64,000 nucleotides of DNA from an uncultured Phycisphaerales bacterium (GTDB lineage: Bacteria; Planctomycetota; Phycisphaerae; Tepidisphaerales; Tepidisphaeraceae): assembly GCA_963758525.1 (NCBI GenBank), contig CAVWVQ010000003.1, positions 1,280,001 to 1,344,000 of the forward strand. The letters run 5' to 3'. Under the pieces are notes generated by a model that saw only the letters and a program-made list of their open reading frames with translations, had not been told where the DNA came from and searched no databases. This document shows, piece by piece, positions 49,484-60,350 of this stretch (position 1 is its first letter; every line of letters begins with the position of its first letter). The translations under genes were made by a program, and so were the position numbers.

Positions 49484-51450
49484 GTGTCGTCTCCAACCGA
49501 AGCTGTTATCGACCAAAAGGGGGCTGCGCCGGGCGTGTTGCCCGACGTGGCCTCCATCTCCAATGCCTCGCTGCTCGCGTGGATGTTCCGCTTCCTGCGG
49601 CCGGTGCGCACGCAGGTGTTCTTCGCCTGCGCGTATCTCACGTTCGCCGTCGGCGCCGAAGTGCTGGCCGTGAAGCAGACCGGCCGCGCCGCCGACGCGA
49701 TCCAGCGTCTCTCTCCGGTGCCGGGCGGAGTGGGAAGCTTCCTCCACTGGTTTCTCGGCCCCAGCGGCCGCCTCCCTTCGCTGGTGGACGTGCTGCATAA
49801 CTTCGCCGCCGACACCCGCGATCTGCCGGCGCTGCTCCTGGGCCTGGTGCTGGTCACAGCGGCGTTTCTCTTCCTGCGCTATCGCCGGTTCGTCGCTGAA
49901 GCCCGGCTGAGCATGATGGTCGTCTTCTACATCCGCGAAGCCGTCTACGACAAGCTCCAGCGCGTCGGCTTCGGGTTCCACGACGCCCTCTCGTCCGGCC
50001 AGCTCATCAACCGCGCGCTCACCGATCTGCAGAACGTGCGCGCGTTCATTCAAACTGCCGTCCTGACTACTCTCGAAATCACGCTCATCGTCGGCGGGTA
50101 CATGATCCTGGTCCTGACGCTGTCGCCCTGGGTGGCGGCGCTCTCGCTGCTGCCGCTCCCGGTCTGGACGTGGTACATCCTCCGCTTCAGCCGGCGCGTG
50201 CAGCCCGCCGCCAAGGCGGTCATGGAAGCCGACGACCGCAACGTCTCGATCATCGCGGAAAATATTGCCGGCGTTCACGTCGTCAAAGCCTTCGCGATCG
50301 AGGACCAGGAAATCAAACGCTATGACGCCCACTGCAAAACATTCTTCCAGCGCATGCGCGACCGCATCAGCATCCTGGCGGATTTCACGCCCGTCATCCG
50401 CGGAATCGCTTCGGCGTCGTATCTGATCCTTTTTCTCGCCGCCGGTCTGCTGATGATTCACGGCAAGCTGCGCGCCGGCGATTTTCTGATTCTCGGCTCC
50501 GCGATGGGCCAGATTCTCAGCCGTCTGCAAGCGGTCAGCGTCATCAACGAGCAATATCAAAATGCCATCGTCTCTGCGCGACGCCTGTACGAGGTGCTCC
50601 ACGCTCCCGCGACCGTTCCGCAATGGCCCGGCGCGATCGCTCTCCCGCCGGGACCCGGCGCGGTGCGATTCGAGGCTGTGCAGTTTGGCTACGACCCCAG
50701 CAAACCGGTGTTGCGCGACATCAGTTTTGACGTGAAGGGCGGCAGCCGCGTTGCGATCGTCGGACCAACCGGCTCGGGCAAAACGACGCTCGTCAATCTG
50801 CTGGCCCGTTTCTACGATCCCGGCGAGGGACGAATCCTCATCGACGGAAAAGACATTCGCGACCTCACGCTCGCGAGCCTGCGCACGCAGGTCGCGTTTG
50901 TCTTTCAGGAAACGTATCTCTTCAGCGACACCGTGGCCGCGAATATCGCCTACGGCCGGCCCAACATCAGCTTCGGTGATATCGAAGCCGCCTCGCGGCT
51001 CGCGCAGCGCACGAGTTCATCGAGCATCTTTCCAGCGGATACGAAACGATGCTCGGCGAGCGCGGTTCATCCCTCTCCGGCGGCCAGAAACAGCGCCTCG
51101 CGATCGCCCGCGCTATTCTTACCAATCCGCGCATCCTCGTCCTCGACGACGCCACCGCCAGCGTCGATCCGGAGACCGAGGATCTGATCCGTCGCGGCAT
51201 GCGCTTCGTCATGGAGGGCCGCACCACTTTCGTCATCGCCCACCGCATCAGCACCGTCAAGCAGGCGGATCTGGTCATCGTGCTCGAGCAGGGGCGGGTG
51301 ACACAGCTCGGCACCCACGAGCAGCTCATGCGCGAGGACGGACACTACCGCGAGATCGCCCGCGTTCAGCTCTTCGGCGACAGCGACGAAGCGATCGTGC
51401 TTCCCGCCGGCGCGGACATGGCCGCGCAGCAGAGGGGAGATCGCCGATGA
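49484..51450 (+). CDS. ABC exporter subunit 1 (TMD+NBD); apparent 1-nt deletion near 51006
   Basis: TM domain, GPTGSGKT, VFQE; then LSGGQKQR, LVLDDAT and IAHR in the next frame. Confidence 0.92.
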
Positions 51451-53327
51451 CCGCGCTGGCCCGATTCTCCCGCAAAAAGGCGGCGCGTCCCGCCATCGCG
51501 CCGCCTCGCTATGACGAGGACGAAGACGAAATCCGTCTCCGCGCCATCGATCGCAAGCTGCTGGGCCGAATGATTTCCCTGCTCGCGCCCTACAAAAAGC
51601 TGTACGCGCTGGGACTTTCGCTCGGCACCGCGCAGACAGTGCTGGACATGTTCAGCCCCAAGTTCACGCAATGGATCATCGACTTCGGCGATCATTACCT
51701 GCGCTCGGTTCACGCCAGCGCGGCAACGATCTCGCGGTCCGCCGCGTCGTGGCACATCGTCCTGCTCGTCGGCCTGTGGGGGCTGGTGCTCGCGGGCGCG
51801 ATCATTCTCCAGCGATTCACGATCGTGATCATGATCGGTGCCGGCGAGAGCGTCCAGTTCGACATCCGCCGTCGGCTCTTCGACCACCTGCAGCGCCTCT
51901 CGATGAGCTATTACGACAAGACCAAGCTCGGCAGAATCATCAGCCGGTGCACCAGCGACGTGAACGCGATGCGCGAAACCAACGTGTGGGGAATGCACAC
52001 CATCGCGGTGAATCTCATCTCCATGCTGATTGCCGCCATCATGCTCGTCAGCACCGACTGGCGGCTGTTCCTTTCCGTCGCCTGGCTCGGGCCGGTTCTC
52101 TTTTACGCCAACCGCATCTATCTGCGTCATGCCGCAACCCAATGGCAGACCGTCCGCGACGGCTGGACGCGCGTCAGCACCAACATGGCGGAAAACATCA
52201 CCGGCATGCGCGTGGTCATGGCGTTCAACCGCCAGGAACCGAACCTGGGCGTCTTCAACACCCTGCAGGAAGCGAACACCAACAACAACGTCGACATGGC
52301 CCGCCTCAACGGCGTTTACCTCCCGCTGCTGCAGCTCATCGCCTTCATCGGCAAAGTGATCATCCTCGGCTTCGGCGGATATCTCATCGTCACCAGCCGA
52401 ATGACCAAAGGCGTCGGCGCGGTCGTCGCCGCGTTTCTCTATTGGGATTCATTCATGAACCCCATCCAGAACTTCGGCAACTTCTACAACATGCTCATGC
52501 AGGCAATGGCCAGCGCCGAGCGAGTCTTCTCGCTGCTCGATCTCAAGCCAGAAGTGCACGACGCGCCCGACGCCAAACCCCTGCCACGCATCGTCGGCCA
52601 TGTTCGCTTCGACCATGTGACGTTCGGCTACGACCCCGCCCGCCCGGTTTTGCACGACGTTTCATTCGAGGCCCAGCCCGGCCAAACCATCGCCCTGGTC
52701 GGCGCCACCGGCAGCGGCAAGAGCAGCACGATCTCCCTGATCGCCCGCTTCTATCAGCCGCAGCAGGGCCGCGTGCTGGTCGACGATCACGACATCCGCT
52801 TCGCCACCGGCGACTCCCTGCACAAACAAATGGGCCTCGTGCTCCAGGTGAACTATCTCTTCACCGGCACCGTGATGGAAAACATCCGCTACGCCAAACC
52901 CGGCTCCACTGACGAGCAGGTGATGGACGCCGCCCGTGCCATCGGCGCCCACGACGCGATCCTGATGCTGCGAGACGGCTACGCCACAGAGGTCGGCGAG
53001 CGCGGCGCCAACATGTCCCTCGGCCAGCGCCAACTCATCTGCTTCGCCCGCGCCTTCCTGGCGGATCCCCGCATCTTCATGCTTGACGAAGCCACGAGTG
53101 CCGTCGACACCGCCACGGAATTGCTTGTGCAGCAATCGCTAGAAAAACTCCGCGCAGGCAGGACGACGTTCGTGGTCGCCCACCGTTTGAGCACGATCCT
53201 GCGCGCGGATTGCATCCTGGTAATCGATCAGGGTCGGATCATCGAACGGGGAACGCATCGCGAGTTGCTTGCGGTTGGGGGGAAGTATGCGCATCTCTAT
53301 CATGAGTTTGTGCGAAGCGCGGAGTGA
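51447..53327 (+). CDS. ABC exporter subunit 2 (TMD+NBD), heterodimer partner
   Basis: ATGA overlap with subunit 1; GATGSGKS, MSLGQRQ, MLDEAT, VAHRLST. Confidence 0.95.
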   Translation: MTALARFSRKKAARPAIAPPRYDEDEDEIRLRAIDRKLLGRMISLLAPYKKLYALGLSLGTAQTVLDMFSPKFTQWIIDFGDHYLRSVHASAATISRSAASWHIVLLVGLWGLVLAGAIILQRFTIVIMIGAGESVQFDIRRRLFDHLQRLSMSYYDKTKLGRIISRCTSDVNAMRETNVWGMHTIAVNLISMLIAAIMLVSTDWRLFLSVAWLGPVLFYANRIYLRHAATQWQTVRDGWTRVSTNMAENITGMRVVMAFNRQEPNLGVFNTLQEANTNNNVDMARLNGVYLPLLQLIAFIGKVIILGFGGYLIVTSRMTKGVGAVVAAFLYWDSFMNPIQNFGNFYNMLMQAMASAERVFSLLDLKPEVHDAPDAKPLPRIVGHVRFDHVTFGYDPARPVLHDVSFEAQPGQTIALVGATGSGKSSTISLIARFYQPQQGRVLVDDHDIRFATGDSLHKQMGLVLQVNYLFTGTVMENIRYAKPGSTDEQVMDAARAIGAHDAILMLRDGYATEVGERGANMSLGQRQLICFARAFLADPRIFMLDEATSAVDTATELLVQQSLEKLRAGRTTFVVAHRLSTILRADCILVIDQGRIIERGTHRELLAVGGKYAHLYHEFVRSAE

Positions 53328-53457
53328 ATATACGTTTCGCTTTGTCAAACCGCCTTCCTCGCTGGCGCAAAGACTAACTTTCTTGCCACCTTCGAACCTC
53401 CGCGATTAATCTGATCAAAGATCGTACGCTCCGACCCAATACTTTGAGGGGTGGTTC

Positions 53458-55164
53458 ATGCCAGATCCAACTTCCATAGCACAAATAGATCTTTCACCGA
53501 TTCCTGGCAAGACGTATTTCACTTTGGTCCGCGAGTGGCGGGAAGAGTTCATCTACTTCCTGCTGGTGGATCGATTTCAGGATGATACTCCGCGCGCGCC
53601 TGTACTTTCGCCGAACCGCACGCTTGGCATCGCCACCCCGGACAACTTCTACGGCGGCAAAATCAGGGGTATTCTCAACAATCTGGACTATATCGCGGGT
53701 CTGGGCTGCACTTGCGTGTGGCTCTCGCCCGTATTCGAAAATAACGCCGGCGCATATCACGGCTACAACATCAATAACTATTTGAGCATCGACCCCAACT
53801 TCGGAACCAAGCAGGATTTGGTGGATCTGGTCGCCGCCGCGCACAGCTACCAGAAAAATGGACAGCCCTATCCCATTCGAGTCGTGCTCGACGTGGTGAC
53901 CAATCATTCGGGAGACAACTGGCAATATCCGTTCAACGCGACTTACAACTATTTTCAGGATCAGCAGTTCCCATTCGATGCGTGGAGGCGCGCCGATCGC
54001 CCGATCCCCTCCGATTTGATGAACCCAGACTACTATCATCGCCGCGGGAATATCTCCAGCGCCAACGGCTACGATACCTATCCCGAAATGCAGCATGGCG
54101 ATCTGTCCGGGCTGAAGGACTTCGCCAACGACGACGATCAAATCGGATCGCAAGTCATTAACATCCTTATTGCGGCACATTGCTATTGGATTCGAGAAAC
54201 CGACGTCGATGGCTTTCGGATGGATGCGATCAAACACATGGGCGAGCTTGCCTGCTCGCGATTCTGCTCGAATATTCGCGAGTATGCCTATTCGCTCGGT
54301 AAGCGAGGCTTTTTTCTGTTTGGCGAACTCGCGTCGGCGGACGACGAGATCATCGACCGCTACATCGGACAGAATACCTCAGTGGTGAGCGGCGACCAGA
54401 CCGTTTTCTTCGGGATCGACTCGGTTTTGGATTTTCGGCTGGCCGAGGGAAACCCCGCCAACCCTCCGCTCCGTGACGTCATCAAACAATTCGCCGATCC
54501 CGGCACGCTCTTTCGGCGCCTGGAGGCACAGCAGAACCGCGCGCTGAATCGTGGTGAAATCGGCCGATATCTGGTGACGTTCGTTGACAACCACGACTCG
54601 TTCTGGCAACCCGGGCGCTTCGGAGCCGGAGCGCCCAACGAGCAGATCATTGCTGCAATCGGATACCTCATTTGCTCGTTAGGCACCGCGTGCATCTACT
54701 ACGGCACAGAACAGGGTTTCCAGGGCAGCGGCGGCGACAACCAGATGCGGGAGGCCATGTTCGATCTTGCCACGCCTGGCCGCAATCTGCTCAACACCGA
54801 CTGCGCGATTTATCAGGAAATTGCCAAAATTGCCCAGGCCGCGCAGGAGTTGGAGCCGCTCAAGTACGGAAGAATGTATTTCCGCCAGATTGGCGACGGC
54901 GTCAGCTTTGGATTGCCTTTCGGGACAGACTACACCCTCGCGTTTTCGCGTATTCTCTATCCCCGGGAAGTACTGGTGGCGTACAACGTTTCAGCTTTGC
55001 CGCGAAACGATTGCGTCATCATTGACGCGGCGATCCATCATCCGGGCGATAATCTCACATTTGTATACGGCGGCGTCGGTGCCGTCGCGGTGCAGCAAGC
55101 CCCCGATGGGTCGCTGTTCGTCCGACTGCCGCTGAGCGGTCGGCAATTCGTCATCCTTGAGTAG
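53458..55164 (+). CDS. GH13 alpha-amylase-family glycoside hydrolase
   Basis: YFLLVDRF, YHGY, DVVTNH, DGFRMDAIKH, FGE, FVDNHD, YYGTEQG. Confidence 0.95.
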   Translation: MPDPTSIAQIDLSPIPGKTYFTLVREWREEFIYFLLVDRFQDDTPRAPVLSPNRTLGIATPDNFYGGKIRGILNNLDYIAGLGCTCVWLSPVFENNAGAYHGYNINNYLSIDPNFGTKQDLVDLVAAAHSYQKNGQPYPIRVVLDVVTNHSGDNWQYPFNATYNYFQDQQFPFDAWRRADRPIPSDLMNPDYYHRRGNISSANGYDTYPEMQHGDLSGLKDFANDDDQIGSQVINILIAAHCYWIRETDVDGFRMDAIKHMGELACSRFCSNIREYAYSLGKRGFFLFGELASADDEIIDRYIGQNTSVVSGDQTVFFGIDSVLDFRLAEGNPANPPLRDVIKQFADPGTLFRRLEAQQNRALNRGEIGRYLVTFVDNHDSFWQPGRFGAGAPNEQIIAAIGYLICSLGTACIYYGTEQGFQGSGGDNQMREAMFDLATPGRNLLNTDCAIYQEIAKIAQAAQELEPLKYGRMYFRQIGDGVSFGLPFGTDYTLAFSRILYPREVLVAYNVSALPRNDCVIIDAAIHHPGDNLTFVYGGVGAVAVQQAPDGSLFVRLPLSGRQFVILE

Positions 55165-55534
55165 CCGGCGGGGTGCGTGACACTTTCCGCGGAACGCGCT
55201 ATCCCCCTCACCTGGTACTCCGGGGGAGGGTTGGGGTGGGGGCAGTGTTGTGTGCGAGTGTGCCTGTCGCGTCTCGACGCATTTTCACGATTTGGATCCC
55301 AGCCTCCCGGCCCCCAATGGGATCGGTAAGTTTGAACTCGAACGGATAGTCGCGCATCGGCGTTGAAGATTTGATTGACCTCCGCGAAGGGCAAGCCACG
55401 GCGGTGCGGCTGCGCAATCCTCCCTGATCGACTCCCGGCGTTTCTCTTCACCCACGACTCCCTCCCCCTTTCTCCCCACCACCACCCTTGCTACTACCGC
55501 AGTTTACCCGCCGCAGCAGGTCCTTCGTCCTCCA

Positions 55535-55745
55535 TCCCTCCGTCCCTCCGTCCCTCCGTCCCTCCGTCCCTCCGTCCCTCCGTCCCTCCGTCCCTCTGTC
55601 CCTCCGTCCCTCCGTCCCTCCGTCCCTCTGTCCCTCCGTCCCTCCGTCCCTCCGTCCCTTTGTCCCTCTGTCCCTCCGTCCCTCCGTCCCTCCGTCCCTT
55701 TGTCCCTTAGTCCCTTAGTCCCTCCGTATCCCTCCCTCCCTCCCT
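55535..55745. repeat. GTCCCTCC octamer tandem array (about 24 units)
   Basis: Directly visible tandem repeat with variants GTCCCTCT, GTCCCTTT and GTCCCTTA. Confidence 0.95.
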
Positions 55746-55821
55746 CGTTCCAATCACCAATCACCCGGTGATATGATACGATCAACGGTTGCCCGAGGGG
55801 CGACGGCTATATCGATCCTCC

Positions 55822-58662
55822 ATGCAGCTCAAAGCACCCTGTCCCAAATGCGGCAAGCGCGCCCGGTATGCCGAAGCCGAGGCGGGGCTTCCCGCCGTCT
55901 GTCACGCCTGCGGGACGCGCTTCACGCTCCCAACGATCGTGGCTCCTTCCTCCGCCGAGGATATTCCTTTTGCCGAACCGATTCGGGATCCGCGCGCGAC
56001 CATGCAGACCTGGGTCTGGGCGGCGCTGGCCGGGGGAGTCGCGATCGGCGCAATGGTCGGGGTCATTGCCGCGGTCATCGTTACGCGGGCGCACGAAACG
56101 CCGCCAGTGGCCACGACTGCGAATTCGACTGAAAACAGACCGGCCATTCCCGCGCCGCCCAACCAAACGAATATCACGCCTCCTCCCGCCGCTCCGGCAT
56201 CTGAGGATGACCACGCCGAGCCAAGTCCCGCGCAACCGCCATCGAGTCCAAATCCAGCGCCGCGGACTTCATTCGCATCGGCACGGGATGCTTCAGTCGC
56301 GCCGCCAGCGCCTCCGGCATTGTCTGCCCCGCGCGGGCCCGCAAAGCCGCACGGTGTCCTTGCTCCGTCGGCGGATGGAACCTCCGCCGGCTCGTCGCCC
56401 CGGCCTCCGATTCGGCCGATCGTCGAACCGACCGACACGCTCACCGACGCACGCATCGGCAAGGCGATCACCGATGGCGTCAACTATCTCGTGACACAGC
56501 TCGACGACAAGACGCACGAGCTGCGGCAGAACCGCGCGGACTTTCAAAATTTCGGCGGCGGACGCCCCGATGCCGGCGCCTACTTCGGCGGGCTGGACGC
56601 GCTGTGTGTCTACGCCCTGCTGCAAAGCGGCCAGGCGATTCCCGACAACCGGCTGAGCATCAAAAGCCCATACATGATCGGTCTGCTGGAGCAGATGAAG
56701 AAACTGCCGAATCAGTCCGGCAAAGTCGTCTACGCCAGAGCGATCCGCGCCACGGCGCTCACGCTGTATAACCGACCGGAAGACCGCACCGCCATCAAGG
56801 GCGACCTGGAATGGCTCCTCAAGGCGAGTCAGAACGGCGCGTACACTTACGACAAAGTCGATCCATCCACGGCAGCACGCTTACGCTATTTGCCGGCGGG
56901 GATGAATCCCTGGGACAACTCCTGTTCGCAATACGGACTGCTCGGCGTCTGGTCGGCCGCGGAAGCGGGGTTTGAAGTACCAACCTTGTACTGGAAGCAA
57001 GTGGAAGATCATTGGACGAAGAACCAGATGCCGAATGGCGAATGGGGATATCAGACGCCCCAGACCGGCGCCGGCCGGCTCTCGATGACCGCGGCGGGGG
57101 TCGCGTCGCTCTTCGTCACACACGACTGGCTCGCGGCGCCGAAGTTTGGCAATGAAGTCGGACGCGATCCGTTCTCTCCCGCCTTGCTCAAAGGCCTCGA
57201 CTGGTTCGAAAACGGCAGCCATTCCGTCGACACCTCCACTTCCGATTGGTTGGGCTACACGCTGTATGGCATCGAGCGCGTCGGGCTTGCGTCCGGCTTT
57301 AAATATTTTGGCTCGCACGACTGGTATCGCGAAATCGCCCGCCAGGTGATCGATGCGCAAAATCCCAATGGCTCGTGGAACCCCCAGGAAGCCAGCGACA
57401 CGCCGTATGTCCTGCTGTTTCTGGCCCGCGGACGCCATCCGATTCTCATGAACAAGCTCCGCTTCGACGGCTTCTGGTCCAATCGCCCGCGCGATTTGTC
57501 CAATCTCTCGCGCTACGCCTCAGGGGAAATGGAGCAGCCGGTCAACTGGCAGGTGGTTCCCATCACCCACGACTGGACGGATTGGACCGACTGCCCAATC
57601 CTCTACATGGCCAGCCACAAGGCGCCGACGCTGACCGATGAAGAGTACGACAAGATCCGCAATTTCATTCAGTCCGGCGGTCTTCTCTTCACTCAGGCCG
57701 ATGGCGACAATCCGGAGTTCAACAGTTTTGTGGAGGAGATGTCAAAGAAGCTCTTCCCCGACTACCCGCTCAAGGACCTTTCGCCCGACAGCCCGCTGTT
57801 CTCAGTGCTGTTTCACATGCAGCTCAAGCCGAAGCTCAAGGCGGTCAGCAACGGCGCGCGACTCCTGATCGTGCATTCCCCGACCGACCTTTCCCGCGCC
57901 TGGCAGCTGCGCCAGCAGAAGGTCGCGAAGATGCCATTCGAATTTGCGCTCAATCTCTTCCAATACGCGTCGGGCCGCCATGAGCTGCGCAACCGGCTCG
58001 AAACCAATGTCATCGCCGCTCCCAAAGCGGTCCCTTCCTATACCATTGCCGTCGCCCGGCTGCGATACGGGGGGAACTGGGATCCCGAACCCTATGCGTG
58101 GACGCGCTTCTCCCGCTGGTTCCAATTGCAGACCGGATATGGCATCGACGTGAGACCCGTCGACATGAGCGAGCTGACGCCGCAGGCCGCCCCAATAGCG
58201 ATTCTCACCGGCACCGACGCCTACGGTCCCAAGCCTGCCGAGGTCGACGCCGTGCGGAAGTATGTGCAAGCCGGCGGCGTCCTCTTCGTCGACTTGGCCG
58301 GTGGCGGCGGCGCGTTTGAGGAGAGCGCGCGCACCAAGCTCTTTGCCCGCGCTTTTCCCAACGGCTTTTTGCGCGTGCTGCCTCCCGATCATCCCCTCCT
58401 CAACACCGGCGCGCCCGGCATGGCGGACCTCAGCCACCCGCGGTTGCGGCCCTTCGCGCTGGAAAAGCTGGGAAGTCCCACCAATGAATTCCCCAGCTCT
58501 TTTGCCGCCGGCCGCGGCCATGTCGTCTTCACGCCTCTGGACATGACCTGCGGCCTGCTCGGCACCAACACCTGGGGAATTCTCGGATACGCCCCGGACT
58601 ACAGCCAGGAGTTTATCAAAAACCTGCTGCTTTGGATGGTGGACGGGCAGAATGATCAGTAA
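55822..58662 (+). CDS. Zinc-ribbon, TM and Pro-rich linker followed by prenyltransferase/squalene-cyclase-like repeats and two DUF4159-like domains
   Basis: CPKC/CHAC; WDNS.SQY..LG, Q..NG.WGY, YTLYGIERVG, W..Q..NGSW; two modules with GG.LF.[QD]. Confidence 0.8.
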   Translation: MQLKAPCPKCGKRARYAEAEAGLPAVCHACGTRFTLPTIVAPSSAEDIPFAEPIRDPRATMQTWVWAALAGGVAIGAMVGVIAAVIVTRAHETPPVATTANSTENRPAIPAPPNQTNITPPPAAPASEDDHAEPSPAQPPSSPNPAPRTSFASARDASVAPPAPPALSAPRGPAKPHGVLAPSADGTSAGSSPRPPIRPIVEPTDTLTDARIGKAITDGVNYLVTQLDDKTHELRQNRADFQNFGGGRPDAGAYFGGLDALCVYALLQSGQAIPDNRLSIKSPYMIGLLEQMKKLPNQSGKVVYARAIRATALTLYNRPEDRTAIKGDLEWLLKASQNGAYTYDKVDPSTAARLRYLPAGMNPWDNSCSQYGLLGVWSAAEAGFEVPTLYWKQVEDHWTKNQMPNGEWGYQTPQTGAGRLSMTAAGVASLFVTHDWLAAPKFGNEVGRDPFSPALLKGLDWFENGSHSVDTSTSDWLGYTLYGIERVGLASGFKYFGSHDWYREIARQVIDAQNPNGSWNPQEASDTPYVLLFLARGRHPILMNKLRFDGFWSNRPRDLSNLSRYASGEMEQPVNWQVVPITHDWTDWTDCPILYMASHKAPTLTDEEYDKIRNFIQSGGLLFTQADGDNPEFNSFVEEMSKKLFPDYPLKDLSPDSPLFSVLFHMQLKPKLKAVSNGARLLIVHSPTDLSRAWQLRQQKVAKMPFEFALNLFQYASGRHELRNRLETNVIAAPKAVPSYTIAVARLRYGGNWDPEPYAWTRFSRWFQLQTGYGIDVRPVDMSELTPQAAPIAILTGTDAYGPKPAEVDAVRKYVQAGGVLFVDLAGGGGAFEESARTKLFARAFPNGFLRVLPPDHPLLNTGAPGMADLSHPRLRPFALEKLGSPTNEFPSSFAAGRGHVVFTPLDMTCGLLGTNTWGILGYAPDYSQEFIKNLLLWMVDGQNDQ

Positions 58663-58773
58663 CACGGGTTTCCAACCCGTGCGAATTGCTCTCGATTGGA
58701 GAAGGTCGCTGTTTGCTAATCCTACAGCGCTACTGAATTAGCGCCGCTCGCACGGGTTGGAAACCCGTGGTAC
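58659..58773. repeat. Inverted doublet of the CACGGGTTTCCAACCCGTG REP between convergent genes
   Basis: Arms at 58659-58684 and 58748-58773. Confidence 0.92.
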
Positions 58774-59477
58774 TTCAGCCGCCGGATTCGCAGCAACTCC
58801 CGCGCGTTGCGGATGGTCCCGGCTACCGGGTCGTACCGCGTGTCCCCATCGTCGCGCCAGCACACGGGAACTTCGATGATCTTGCAGCCGAGCATCTGTG
58901 CGATACGAAGGATTTCCACGTCGAACATGTAACCGTCCACCTGCTGCATCGCGAAGATGCGGTGGGCGATGTCGCCGCGGAAGAATTTAAACCCGCACTG
59001 GGTATCGCGGATGCCGCGCAGGCCGACGAGATTGCGCATCACCGCGTGAAACGCGCCGGAGCCGAGGCGGCGGTACAGAGGCTGCGGCACGTCGATGCGC
59101 GAGTTGACTAGCTTTCGCGAGCCAATGACAACGTCCGCGCCAGCCGTGAACGACGGCAGCATCGCGTCCAGCTCCTCGATCGGAGTTTTGTAGTCCGCGT
59201 CGACGAAGCCGATGATTCGGCCGGTGGAGCGGAGCACCCCCTCGCGCACGCCATGCCCTTTGCCCAGCCGCGCTGAACTCCCGAGCACCACGATCCGCGG
59301 ATCGCGCTGTGCCAGTTCGCTGGCCCGCTCGCGCGTGCCATCGTCTCCGTCGGCGCACAAAATGATTTCGCCGGTGAGGCGGCGCTTCTGCAGATATCCG
59401 CCGATCGCTTCGAGCGTCGAGACGATTCGTTCCGCTTCGTTGTAAGCGGGAACGACAATGCTCAACTCCAGCGGCAT
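58722..59477 (-). CDS. GT2 polyprenol-phosphate glycosyltransferase (dolichyl-phosphate glucosyltransferase-like)
   Basis: SIVVPAYNE, GKGHGVR.G, FVDAD, GSR, DTQCGFKFF, FDVEIL. Confidence 0.92.
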   Translation of the reverse strand: MPLELSIVVPAYNEAERIVSTLEAIGGYLQKRRLTGEIILCADGDDGTRERASELAQRDPRIVVLGSSARLGKGHGVREGVLRSTGRIIGFVDADYKTPIEELDAMLPSFTAGADVVIGSRKLVNSRIDVPQPLYRRLGSGAFHAVMRNLVGLRGIRDTQCGFKFFRGDIAHRIFAMQQVDGYMFDVEILRIAQMLGCKIIEVPVCWRDDGDTRYDPVAGTIRNARELLRIRRLKYHGFPTRASGANSVAL

Positions 59478-59746
59478 TGCGTACCTATCGGCAGATTCGG
59501 CGCAGGCGGCGCAGTTTCCCCAGAGGGATCAAACGTCCCGCCGCGGGATTTTTTTTGCCCGGATTCCCAAAAAGCGGTTCAGGCTCACGAAAAAGCGGCC
59601 GACGAAAAATACGCGTGGGGAGCGATGCTCCCGGGCCCGCACATTCGTCTGCTGCGTGGTCCGAACCGGCGAGGTCGTAGTTCGGCCGCCGTTCCTCCGA
59701 CGATGGCACTTCCAGGCCATCGGATTCTCAACGCCAAACGAGGTGA

Positions 59747-60054
59747 ATGATGTTGATTTCCGCTCAAACTCTCACTCAAGCCCGCGAAGCCCTGATCCAG
59801 ACCGGCCAGGAGCGCCTCTCCCTGATGGGTCAGGTGAAGGAGCAGGGCGCAAGATTTATGATCTGGAGCGTGAGGTGCAGAAGCAGGCGAACGCTCGTTC
59901 GGCTGCCGAGCAACTGCTTTCTGAAGCGCGCCGGGAAATCGAAGCACTCCGTTCGCAGTTGCCCACTGATGAAACCGTTCGCGCTCACGACGAGTTGAGG
60001 AACTATCTCGCCGCGCCCAGCGAGATCCATCCGGCGCTGCGGTCCGCGGCGTAA
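59747..60054 (+). CDS. Small coiled-coil hypothetical protein; apparent frameshift near 59850
   Basis: GAGGTG RBS; MMLISAQTL...VKEQGA continues as KIYDLEREVQKQ...ALRSAA; followed by a terminator. Confidence 0.6.
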
Positions 60055-60082
60055 CGCGAATCGTTCGACGATTTTTCCACCC

Positions 60083-60113
60083 AGGGGCGCTCTGAAAGGA
60101 GCGCCCCCTTTTT
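60083..60113 (+). terminator. Rho-independent terminator
   Basis: GGGGCGCTC-loop-GAGCGCCCC followed by TTTTT. Confidence 0.75.
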
Positions 60114-60350
60114 GCGCGGAACATGACAAACCTGAACGCCAGTGATTTCCCGCATTTCTAGCTTGATCTGTCGGAAGGGCCGTTTTGTGAGGGCAAAATG
60201 ATGTGACCGCGACGGAGACTTCAGCAACGGAAAAAAGGCGGTGCTGTCGGTATTTCCTGAACCCTGACACCCTGAACCCTGACACCCTCGGTCGCGGTTC
60301 GGGTGGAAGCCGGTTGCAACAACGACTCGCCTCGCCGATATTCTCCGGTT

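Noticed and set aside
48500..51187. 895-aa apparent fusion of a helical protein to an ABC transporter
   Set aside because: Best explained by a frameshift near 49355. The first gene has a natural end at TAA 49478 and the transporter starts at GTG 49484.
55375..55785. ORFs with repeated PSVPPSLR / GTEGRRD peptides
   Set aside because: Translations of the octamer tandem array, with no RBS or other coding support.
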